Source: an uncultured Bacilli bacterium (GTDB lineage: Bacteria; Bacillota_I; Bacilli_A; RF39; UBA660). From it: a stretch of DNA of 64,000 bases. Location of the stretch: NCBI GenBank assembly GCA_947630575.1, contig CANRIB010000004.1:3027-67026 (forward strand), written 5' to 3'. Both the position numbers and the translations under genes were made by a program. Positions 34,960-44,500 of this stretch are shown here, in pieces (positions within the stretch are counted from its first letter, which is position 1; the number at the start of each line of letters is the position of its first letter). Below the pieces are notes generated by a model that was not told the origin of the DNA, did no database searches, and saw nothing but the letters and a program-made list of their open reading frames with translations.

Positions 34960-37778
34960 TGAATACAAAAGAGATAGAAAAGAAATGGCAAAAAATATGG
35001 GCTGATAACCATTATTTTGAAGCTAAAAATGGGGGAGATAAAGAAAAATATTATATATTAGTAGAATTTCCTTATCCGAGTGGTTCGGGTTTACATGTAG
35101 GTCATGTTAGAAGTTATTCCGCTTTAGATGCAATGGCAAGGATGAAGAGGCTACAAGGGTATAATGTATTATTTCCAATGGGATGGGATGCTTTTGGGGC
35201 ACCAGCAGAACAATATGCGATTAAAAATCATATATATCCCGCAGATGCTGTAAAAGAAAATATTAAGACTTTTAAGGGACAAATTGAGGCTTTAGGGATG
35301 TCTTTTGATTGGTCAAGAGAGTTTGCGACGACTGACCCAGAGTATTATAAATGGACTCAATGGCAATTTTTACAATTTGTAAAAAAAGGGATGGCTTATA
35401 AAGCTGAAAAAGAAATAAATTGGTGTCCTAATTGTAAAACTGGGCTTTCTAATGAAGATGCCGCCGGAGGAGTTTGTGAGAGATGTGGGGCTGTTGTAAC
35501 TAAAAAATTAAAATCACAATGGATACTTCGGATGAGTGATTATGCGGATAGATTGCTTGATGGACTTAAAGATACTGAATTTGAAGAGAAAATTAAAACC
35601 GCTCAAATAAATTGGATAGGTAAAAGTATTGGTGCAGAAGTTGACTTTAAACTTAAAGATACAGAAGATGTTTTAAAAGTATTTACAACTAGATGTGATA
35701 CTTTGTTTGGAGTAACATTTATGGTTATGTCACCAGAACATCCTATTTTGGCTAAATATCAGGATAGAATTAAAAATATAGAAGAAGTTAGAAAATATCA
35801 AGAGGAAGCAAAACAAAAAAGTGAAATTGAAAGAACAGATGCAACAAAAGATAAAACAGGAGTTAAATTAGATGGTTTAACTGCGATTAATCCTGTAAAT
35901 GATGAAGAAATACCGATATATATAAGTGATTATGTTTTGGCTTCTTATGGAACAGGGGCAATTATGGCTGTTCCGGCTCATGATGAGAGAGATTATGCTT
36001 TTGCTAAAAAATTTAATATTCCTATTATTCAAGTTTTGGAAGAAACAACTGGAACTCCTCATGAAAATGAAAGTAAGAAAAATTCGATTGTGGCTATTCT
36101 TTATGATGAAGAAAGTGATAAATATTTAACAATAAATTGGCATGAATTAGGGGGACGTTTATTTATTGGGGGAACAATTAAAGAAAATGAAACTCCTTAC
36201 GAGTGTGCTTTAAGAGAAATAAAAGAAGAAACTGGTTATCAAAATGTAGAATTAGTGGAAGTTCTTCCAAGGATAAACCATCATTACTATGCTTTTAATA
36301 AAGATAAATATTTTAATATTGATTCAACAGGATTTTTGTTTAAATTAAAAAATAAAGAACAAACTAAACAAGAACTTGATACAGATGAAGTATTTGATTT
36401 AGAGTGGGTAGATAAAGAGGTAATTAGTGCTGAGGTAAAAGACGAATTACATAGTAAAACCTTTTTATACGCATGTAATGCAGGAGCAATGATTGGTGAT
36501 GGCATACATATTAATTCGGAATTCTTAAATGGCTTAAATAAAGAAGATGCAATAAAGAGGATGCTAGAGTTTTTAGAAGAGAAAAAAGTTGGTAAAAAAA
36601 CGACTAATTATCGCTTACAAGATTGGATATTTTCAAGACAAAGATTCTGGGGTGAACCTATTCCAATGATTTATTGTGAAGATTGTGGATGGGTGCCTGT
36701 ACCAGAAGAAGAACTTCCAGTTTTATTACCTAAAGTTGCGCATTATGAACCTACTGATACAGGAGAATCACCTCTTGCTAATATTCCAGATTGGGTTAAT
36801 ACTCCTTGTCCAAAGTGTGGAAAAATGGCTAAAAGAGAAACTGATACAATGCCTAACTGGGCAGGGTCTAGTTGGTACTGGCTCCGCTATATGGATCCTC
36901 ATAATGATAAAGAATTTGTGGGACAAGATGCGCTTAAATATTGGGGAATGGTAGATTATTATAATGGTGGTATGGAACATGCGACAAGACATTTACTTTA
37001 TGCAAGATTTTGGCATCAATTCCTATATGATCAAGGATTAGTACCAACACCAGAACCATTTAAGAAGAGAGTAGCGCATGGGATGATTTTAGCTGAGGAT
37101 GGAACTAAAATAAGTAAATCTAAAGGTAATGGAATTAATCCTGTTGATGTTGTTAATAAATATGGGGCAGATACTTTAAGATTATTTGAAATGTTTATGG
37201 GAGATTATGAGAAAGATATTCCATGGAGTAATGAAGGTCTTAAAGGATGCAAGAGATTCTTAGATAGAGTAATTAAACTTAAAGAAAAGATTAATGATAA
37301 AGAAGAATATTCAAAAGATTTAGAAAATATTATTCATAAAACTATAAAAAAAGTAACTAATGATTTAGCAACGATGAAATATAATACGGCTGTATCTAGT
37401 TTAATGATTTTAGCAAATAAATATGAAGATAAAGATGTTATTACAAAGAAAGATTATCAAATATTGCTTATTTTATTAAATCCAATTGCGCCACATATTA
37501 CAGAAGAATTAAATGAAGAAATTGGATATACTACCCATATCGCGGCAATGGATTGGCCAAAGTATGATGAGGAGAAAACTATTGATAATGAAGTTACTAT
37601 TGGAGTACAAGTTAATGGTAAGCTTAGAGGAGAAATTACAATTGCAACAGATGAAGAGGAAGAAGATATTAAGGCTAAAGCTTTAGCTAATGAAAATGTT
37701 AAAAAGCATATAGATGGTAAAGAAATAGTTAAAGTAATTATTATTAAAGGAAAGATTGTTAATATTGTAGTAAAGTAA
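34959..37778 (+). CDS. leuS: Leucine--tRNA ligase with an inserted Nudix domain
   Basis: HIGH (HVGH), editing-domain TTRCDT, AVPAHDERD, KMSKS (KISKS). 939 aa, against about 800-860 typical for bacteria. Confidence 0.95.
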   Translation: MNTKEIEKKWQKIWADNHYFEAKNGGDKEKYYILVEFPYPSGSGLHVGHVRSYSALDAMARMKRLQGYNVLFPMGWDAFGAPAEQYAIKNHIYPADAVKENIKTFKGQIEALGMSFDWSREFATTDPEYYKWTQWQFLQFVKKGMAYKAEKEINWCPNCKTGLSNEDAAGGVCERCGAVVTKKLKSQWILRMSDYADRLLDGLKDTEFEEKIKTAQINWIGKSIGAEVDFKLKDTEDVLKVFTTRCDTLFGVTFMVMSPEHPILAKYQDRIKNIEEVRKYQEEAKQKSEIERTDATKDKTGVKLDGLTAINPVNDEEIPIYISDYVLASYGTGAIMAVPAHDERDYAFAKKFNIPIIQVLEETTGTPHENESKKNSIVAILYDEESDKYLTINWHELGGRLFIGGTIKENETPYECALREIKEETGYQNVELVEVLPRINHHYYAFNKDKYFNIDSTGFLFKLKNKEQTKQELDTDEVFDLEWVDKEVISAEVKDELHSKTFLYACNAGAMIGDGIHINSEFLNGLNKEDAIKRMLEFLEEKKVGKKTTNYRLQDWIFSRQRFWGEPIPMIYCEDCGWVPVPEEELPVLLPKVAHYEPTDTGESPLANIPDWVNTPCPKCGKMAKRETDTMPNWAGSSWYWLRYMDPHNDKEFVGQDALKYWGMVDYYNGGMEHATRHLLYARFWHQFLYDQGLVPTPEPFKKRVAHGMILAEDGTKISKSKGNGINPVDVVNKYGADTLRLFEMFMGDYEKDIPWSNEGLKGCKRFLDRVIKLKEKINDKEEYSKDLENIIHKTIKKVTNDLATMKYNTAVSSLMILANKYEDKDVITKKDYQILLILLNPIAPHITEELNEEIGYTTHIAAMDWPKYDEEKTIDNEVTIGVQVNGKLRGEITIATDEEEEDIKAKALANENVKKHIDGKEIVKVIIIKGKIVNIVVK
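36040..36492 (+). other. Nudix hydrolase domain inserted within LeuRS
   Basis: Exact Nudix box Gx5Ex7REUxEExGU, read as G-TIKEN-E-TPYECAL-REIKEETGY. Flanked by the LeuRS segments FNIPIIQV and GDGIHINSEFLNGL, which are nearly contiguous in B. subtilis LeuS. Confidence 0.8.
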
Positions 37779-37793
37779 TTTCTTGACGCTAAT

Positions 37794-37822
37794 TTGACAG
37801 AAAAAGAAAAATATGTTATAAT
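37794..37822 (+). promoter_or_regulatory. Consensus promoter TTGACA-17-TATAAT with TGn extension (P1)
   Basis: Read directly. Confidence 0.6.
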
Positions 37823-37866
37823 ATGTATATATCAGGGGTAAAATGACTAGAAAACTTGAGATTAAT

Positions 37867-37895
37867 TTGACAACGGCATATCACTTTGTTATAAT
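37867..37895 (+). promoter_or_regulatory. Second consensus promoter TTGACA-17-TATAAT with TGn extension (P2)
   Basis: Read directly, 73 bp downstream of P1. Confidence 0.6.
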
Positions 37896-37922
37896 AGAGC
37901 TCAAGTTAAGGGGGAAAATATT

Positions 37923-38384
37923 TTGGTTGATAAGTTAGTTGGAAAGCTAATAAGGGGTAAAATAGTTGAAATAACGATAGTACTAGTTATGGTTATTGTG
38001 TCAATTCCTGTTTGGAATACTTTTGGTAAAAAGATAAGTAATGCCAATGTGATAGATATTGACCAGTTTAATTTAGCATTTGCCATTTTAGATAATGGTA
38101 ATAGTGATACTCTTACTGTTACTAATGATTATAGGTTAAATAAGAGTTTTAGAATAGTTTTAAGAGTTAATAGAGAAGTTAATATTGATAATTCTAGTAT
38201 TATTGTTAATGATAAAAGTTATAAGTTAGCTGATTTTGAACAATATAAAAAAGGAGCATATTATTATTTTAATATTGTTACAGATTATGTTGTTGCGGAA
38301 ACATTGAAGTATGATGTAACACCTAATTTAGATGGCAATATTATTAACTATGCATATATTTTTGAAGAAAATATTAATTTTTAA
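37923..38384 (+). CDS. Membrane-anchored/secreted hypothetical protein
   Basis: TTG start 8 nt after an AAGGGGG RBS. N-terminal hydrophobic helix. Confidence 0.5.
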   Translation: MVDKLVGKLIRGKIVEITIVLVMVIVSIPVWNTFGKKISNANVIDIDQFNLAFAILDNGNSDTLTVTNDYRLNKSFRIVLRVNREVNIDNSSIIVNDKSYKLADFEQYKKGAYYYFNIVTDYVVAETLKYDVTPNLDGNIINYAYIFEENINF

Positions 38385-38452
38385 ATAAAGTGATAAAATA
38401 CTATTGTAATTTATCACTTTTTTATGGTATTATTATAATATGGTGATAGTAT

Positions 38453-39067
38453 ATGAGAGTAAAGGATATTATCAAGAAACAAACCACGATTATTGCTATT
38501 GCAGTAGTCTTAGTTGCTATGACGGCAATGGGTGCTAGTTATGCCATATTTTTTGACATTAAGAAAAATCAAGATGATCAAGTTATAACAGCTGGAACAC
38601 TTAAGGTTACTATTTCTGGGGTTAGTAAATTGACTGAACCAAAAGTGTTAGATAATGATTCTGGTCTTAAGGAAACTGGAATTAGTTATACTATAGAAAA
38701 TAAAGATTCTGATGGTAATAGTAATTTACCTAATAATTATACTTTGTATATTTATGCTGATGATGCTAATACTATGGATTTATCTAAAGTTAAAGTTGCG
38801 ACGAATGGTGAGGCTAAAGTTTTTAATGCATTGGATGTGAGTCCTATAACTATTTCAAGTACTGATGATAGTGGATGTACATCTACTAGTGATGGGAAAT
38901 GTAAAGGATATAAAATTGATTCTGGAACTTTACAGACTGGTGATACAGGTAAGGTTACTAAATCAGTCAAAGTTTGGATTGATGAGTCATTAGTTACTGA
39001 TGAAATTGAAAGTAAAACTTTGAGTTTAAAGCTTTATATTGTAAGTGAAGTTGCAGAGCAAAGTTAA
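38453..39067 (+). CDS. Secreted protein with SipW-cognate-type signal peptide (TasA/camelysin-like)
   Basis: AMGASYAIFFDIKKNQDDQVITAGTLKV matches the AxF...(N)xxTAGTL pattern of that signal class. Confidence 0.55.
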   Translation: MRVKDIIKKQTTIIAIAVVLVAMTAMGASYAIFFDIKKNQDDQVITAGTLKVTISGVSKLTEPKVLDNDSGLKETGISYTIENKDSDGNSNLPNNYTLYIYADDANTMDLSKVKVATNGEAKVFNALDVSPITISSTDDSGCTSTSDGKCKGYKIDSGTLQTGDTGKVTKSVKVWIDESLVTDEIESKTLSLKLYIVSEVAEQS

Positions 39068-39073
39068 TTTTGG

Positions 39074-39105
39074 AATGATAAATTTAAATTATCATTTTTT
39101 TTTTT
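39074..39105 (+). terminator. Intrinsic terminator
   Basis: AATGATAA...TTATCATT hairpin followed by an 11-T run. Confidence 0.75.
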
Positions 39106-39109
39106 GAAA

Positions 39110-40344
39110 GGTTGTGTTAAACTTTATGACTGATAAACAAAAAAGTGGTATAATAGAGATGCCAAATAAAAATTGTAGAAAGGAAGTATCCTTAATCAGC
39201 TAGTTCATCTACAGTTTTTATTTGGCGATATTATACTGATTGGAGCTAGCTGATTAAGGATATTTTTATGTAGTATGAAAATAGAGGAATTATTAAAAGA
39301 ATTAGATCCAGTAACAATCATTGAATTTAAAAATTATTTATTAGAAAATTTATCTGATTTATGTTCTAAAAAAAATTCAAATTCAAAAATCATATCTAAC
39401 TTTAAACAAGAAGAAATGTTCTGTGAAAAATGTGGTTGTAAATTATATAAAAATGGAACAACTAAAAGTGGCATTCAAAAATATATTTGTAGTGGATATG
39501 GAGTAACTTCTTCACAAACAACTGATACAATAATTTGTCATAGTAAATTATCATTTGAAATATGGAGGAATGTTATAGATAATTTACTAAATAGTTTTAG
39601 TTTAAGAAGAATAGCTGAAGAAAATAATATTTCTCTTTTAACATCTTTTAGATTAAGGCATAAAGTTTTATATGCTTTAAAACATTTTATAGAAAGTATT
39701 AATTTATCTGGAGAAATACAGTCAGATGAAAAGTATTTTTCAATTAATTTAAAAGGGACAAAAACAAAAAACATGCCAAGATATTCTAAAAAAAGAACAT
39801 CAACGAGTTCACCTTACAGAGGCATAAGTCATCATAAAATATGTGTAGTTTCAAGTATAGACGAAGAAGATAATCTATTATTAAAGATAGTCGGTTTAGG
39901 AAGATGTACAACTGATATGCTAAACCAATCGCTTGGTCAGAAAATAAACAAAGCCAAATCAATAACGGCCGATAGTGCGAGTGCTTATCAAGAATTTTGT
40001 AAAAGCAACAATTTAGTATTAAATGCTATTCCATCTGGTTTTCATAAAAATGATATTTATAATATATCAGAAATAAATGGAGTTCACTCTCAACTGGAAA
40101 CTTGGTTCAGGAAATTTAGAGGTGTATCAACTAGACACTTACAAGAATATTTAGATTGGTTTGTTTATATTTTTACTATGAAAAAAAGATTCATGTTAAA
40201 TAAAATAAAAACTGAATCTTATTCAAGAATTATAATAGACAATAATTATATAAAAACTAAAGATATTTTTTCAATTAAAATGCCTATTGATTTAAATGTT
40301 GCTTATGCTGAATACATTAATCAGTCATAAAGTTTAACACAACT
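39110..40344 (+). mobile_element. IS1595-family insertion sequence (ISXO2-like transposase), apparently intact
   Basis: Terminal inverted repeats of about 23 bp (GGTTGTGTTAAACTTTATGACTGA / TCAGTCATAAAGTTTAACACAAC). Flanking 8-bp direct repeat TTTTGAAA at 39102-39109 and 40345-40352. Inserted right after a terminator. Confidence 0.8.
39275..40330 (+). CDS. IS1595-family DDE transposase
   Basis: 351 aa with an N-terminal Zn-finger CEKCGC...YICSG and a DDE_Tnp_IS1595-like core. The stop lies inside the right IR. Confidence 0.85.
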   Translation: MKIEELLKELDPVTIIEFKNYLLENLSDLCSKKNSNSKIISNFKQEEMFCEKCGCKLYKNGTTKSGIQKYICSGYGVTSSQTTDTIICHSKLSFEIWRNVIDNLLNSFSLRRIAEENNISLLTSFRLRHKVLYALKHFIESINLSGEIQSDEKYFSINLKGTKTKNMPRYSKKRTSTSSPYRGISHHKICVVSSIDEEDNLLLKIVGLGRCTTDMLNQSLGQKINKAKSITADSASAYQEFCKSNNLVLNAIPSGFHKNDIYNISEINGVHSQLETWFRKFRGVSTRHLQEYLDWFVYIFTMKKRFMLNKIKTESYSRIIIDNNYIKTKDIFSIKMPIDLNVAYAEYINQS

Positions 40345-40510
40345 TTTTGAAAAAAAGTGAAAATTTACTAATTTTATGTTTTCTGTAGACAGATTTTGTA
40401 ATATCTGCTTAGACAAAAATATAAAATCTGCTAGAAGATTTTAGTAAATTTGCCTCTTGACCAAAAAATATTTTATGTTATATGATTGTAGCATAGAAAG
40501 AGGCGAACAT

Positions 40511-40858
40511 ATGTATAAATTTGATTCAGAAAATGTGGAAGTATATTTTATATGCTATAAGAAAGAAGAAATGGAGCTCGTGGATACTTATTATGATCCA
40601 GTTTTAAATGTTCATTCCTGGTATTTTAATGCTTATTTAGCTTATAAACATTGGAAGAATAACTTTAAAGGTTTACAATTAGGAGAAATAGCTAAAATGC
40701 TTTTAATTGTTGCGGCTAGTAGATATATTATTTATTTACTAGAAGGTAAGGATTACAAAAACGAAAAAGAACATAAAAGATTATTAAAAGAGTTGCATAA
40801 AATCGAACCAAAATTACAAAAAGTGGTTAATAGTGCAACTAATGGAATTAAGTTTTAG
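40511..40858 (+). CDS. Hypothetical protein
   Basis: Likely start MYKFDSEN with an AGAGG RBS (ORF track starts at 40457). No family recognised. Confidence 0.45.
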   Translation: MYKFDSENVEVYFICYKKEEMELVDTYYDPVLNVHSWYFNAYLAYKHWKNNFKGLQLGEIAKMLLIVAASRYIIYLLEGKDYKNEKEHKRLLKELHKIEPKLQKVVNSATNGIKF

Positions 40859-40859
40859 T

Positions 40860-41396
40860 TTATGATAGGAAAAATGTTGAAGCTACTTTTTGGATATATT
40901 TGTTTATATCTTGTAAGCTTTCATTTATTTCTCCTTTAAAGTATTTAATAATTAGGTTAATTGTTCCTTCAATGAAGAAAATAACATCTAAGTTATGATT
41001 GGGTGGTAAATTCCTAGATATGGCAGTAGTCATTTTGTGATTTATTCTTTTGACAAATATCATTGTATCATCACTAGTTAGAAGTTTAGAATAGATGTTT
41101 TCATTTTTTTCTAGATAACTAAATATATCATCAAAGTATTTGTTAATATCATTTTCAGAGATGGGTAGTTCCTTATCAAATATATTTTCTATTATTTCTT
41201 CTTGGAATTCATTAGCAAGTTCATAAATGTTATCGTAATGAGAATAGAAAGCACCACGAGTAATGCCGGCTCTTTTAACTAATTCTGTTACGGTAATGTT
41301 TTTTATTTCTCTTTTTTCTTCAACTAATTCGGCAAATGTTTTTTTTATAAGATTGATGGTTCTTTTAGAAGAAGTGTTAATACATTTTAATTTCAT
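40860..41396 (-). CDS. TetR/AcrR-family regulator
   Basis: HTH ITVTELVKRAGITRGAFYSHYDNIYEL. Divergent from the MMPL transporter. Confidence 0.88.
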   Translation of the reverse strand: MKLKCINTSSKRTINLIKKTFAELVEEKREIKNITVTELVKRAGITRGAFYSHYDNIYELANEFQEEIIENIFDKELPISENDINKYFDDIFSYLEKNENIYSKLLTSDDTMIFVKRINHKMTTAISRNLPPNHNLDVIFFIEGTINLIIKYFKGEINESLQDINKYIQKVASTFFLS

Positions 41397-41544
41397 TTTA
41401 ATTCACCTATTAATATTATAACATAATTTTAACAAAAATATAGTATTTGTTAAAGTTTTGACATATTTGTTTAATTTGTTATTAAACTTTTGATTAGAAA
41501 AGAGTAAAATGATATAGATTTCGTTTGAAAGGGGATTTTTTATT

Positions 41545-44500
41545 TTGAAAAAAATAACAGATTTTTTAATTGATTATAGAAAAATTATTTTGGTAATTAT
41601 GATTTTAATTACGGGTATGTGTTTGTTTTTGTCTAGTAAAGTTGATGTAAATAGGGATATTACTAAATATTTAGATAAGAATAGTGAAACAAGAATAGGT
41701 ATGGATATTATGGATAAAGAATTTGGTGATAATGTTACAAGTTCTTTAAATGTGATGTTTCTTGATTTGAATAAAGAAGAAAAAGAGAAAATATATCAAG
41801 AATTAGAAGATATTAGTGAAGATATAGAAGTTAGTTATGAAAATAATGAATATTATAATATTGATAATTATACTTTGTATAAAATTAAAGTTAATGATGA
41901 TAAAGATTCTAAATTAGCTAAGAGTATATATGACAAAATAAATGATAGTTATAAAAATTATAAAATATATATGTCGGGAGATATTTATGAAGAGTTTAAA
42001 ACTATATTGCCAGTATGGATAGTTTTTTTGGCTATATTTTTGGCTTTAATTATTTTAATTATTATGTGTGATTCATATATAGAGCCTATATTATTTTTGA
42101 TAGCTATAGGTATGGCGGTTGTGATAAATAAAGGAACAAATATAATGTTTGATTCTATTTCTAGTATTACTAATGCTATATGTGCAATATTACAACTTGC
42201 TCTTTCAATGGATTATTCTATTATGCTTATTAATCGTTATAGACAAGAAAAAGAAAATGAAAAAGATGATGTTAAAGCTATGAAGAAAGCTTTATATTCG
42301 TCATTTAAATCAATTTCTAGTAGTTCTGTTACAACAATTGTGGGTTTAATTGCTTTGGTGTTTATGTCTTTTACAATTGGTAGAGATTTAGGGTTAGTGC
42401 TTGCTAAAGGAGTGTTATTTAGTTTAGTTACAATTTTTACTTGTTTACCAGCGTTAATTTTGATGTTTGATAAATTAATAAATAAAACTAAAAAGAAAAG
42501 TCCAACTTTTAAATTAGATTTTTTAGGGAAGTTTGCTTATAAGTTTAGATATGCTGGAATTATTTTATTTGTTATTGTTTTAGTGGGTTGTTATCTTTTT
42601 AAAGGTAATTTAGGTATTTTATATACAGATAAGGGAGAAGATAAGATTGCAGATGTTTTTGGTGAGAATAATGAGATAGCACTTATTTATAATAATAAAA
42701 ATGAAGATAAAGTGGCTAGTTTTTGTAAAGATTTGAATAATAAAAAAATTGATGAAGTATTGTGTTATGGAAATACTATTAATGAAAAGTTAAATTATAA
42801 AGATTTAAAAAGTAAATTAAAAGATTTAGGTTCGGATGTCCAGATTGATGATTATCTTTTAAAGATTGTGTATTATAAATATTATGAGGGAGAAAATAAT
42901 ACACTTACTTTAAATGAATTACTTAATTTTATACCAGAGTATGTGTATACTAATGATAAAATGGATGAACAAATATCTAATAGTATGAAAAGTAATATTA
43001 AGAAGTTAGAGAATTTTGCAAGTGTTAATGCCATAAATAAAAAGCATAATAAAAAAGAGATAGCAAATATTTTAAGTATTAAAGAAAATGATGTAAATGA
43101 TTTGCTTATATTTTACGATTCTTTACATAATTCTAATAAATTGACTTTAAGAGAATTTTTGGATTTTATGCTTAGTTATGTGGTTGATAGTGAATATGGG
43201 AAAGAGCTTGATAGTAAAGCAATTGAAAATATTAATTTGATAAATAAATTTGCTAATAAAGATGTAATAGAAAAGGAATTATTAGATAAAGAGATGGCTA
43301 GTTTTTTAGGTATAAATGAAAGTGATGTTAGTAATTTATATTTATATTATCTTAGTTTAAATATTAATAAATATAAGATGACTTTAAGTAATTATGTGGA
43401 TTTTATGGTTTTACTTAGTAAAGATACTAATTATGCTAGTTTAATTGATGAGAATTTATTAAATCAAATTAAAATATTACAGACATTTAGTAATTTAGAG
43501 TTTATAAATAAAGGTATTACTTATCAAGAGATGGCTAATATTTTAGGTATGAGTGAAGAATTAGTTAAAAATGTTTATCAGATAAATAAAGGGGATTTAG
43601 AGATTCAAGAGTATTTATTAACACCTTATGAATTTATTAGTAGTATCATTAATAATGAAGATATTAACAAAAGTTTAGATGCAGAAACAAGTAAAAAATT
43701 AAGTACATTAAAGATGACTATGGATAGTGCTCTTAATAATAAATTTTATGATTATTTAGAGATGGCAAGTATTATGGGTATTAGTAAAGAAACTGTAAAT
43801 AATATTTATATATTATATTTTAAAGATAGTTTAAGTCTTAGTCCCAAAGTATTTGTAGATTTTATATTAGAGCATCAAAATGATGATAGTTTAAAAGATA
43901 TACAAAGAGATAGTTTAAATAATTTAGTTTTTGCTGATAGTATTATGGATAGTGTTATAAATAATACTAAGTATGATACACTGGAATTAAGTAAATTACT
44001 TAATATGGAAGAAAATAAAATAAAACTATTATATGGGGTATATGATGTTAATTATTTAAAGAAAGATATATTAATTTCTTATAAAGATTTTGTTTATTTT
44101 TTAATAAATGATGTAATACCAAATAAAGATTATGGAAGTAGTTTTGATAAAGAGAAAATTAATAAAATAAATACTCTTAAGAAAATTATAGATAATACAA
44201 GTAAGAATATAAAATATGATAAAGATAGTTTATATAATATACTTTCTAAATTATCAGGAGATTTAGATAAAAATTTAATTGATTTGTTATATATCTATTA
44301 TGGTAGTGTGCATAATTATAATCAAGAATATGTTTTAACTATTGATGAATTTGTGGGTTATCTTAATAAAGATATAATTAAAGATAAAAGATTTGATGAT
44401 TTTATTGATGATGATATGAGAGAAGAGATAATTTCGGCAAAAGATATGGTTAGTGATGCTTATAAAAATTTAGTGGGAGAAGAATATTCAAGATTAGTGT

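Noticed and set aside
35877-36992. Several 60-90 aa ORFs in other frames within leuS (35877-36062, 35926-36129, 36287-36505, 36676-36954, 36768-36992)
   Set aside because: They are embedded in the leuS reading frame, which carries all class I synthetase motifs.
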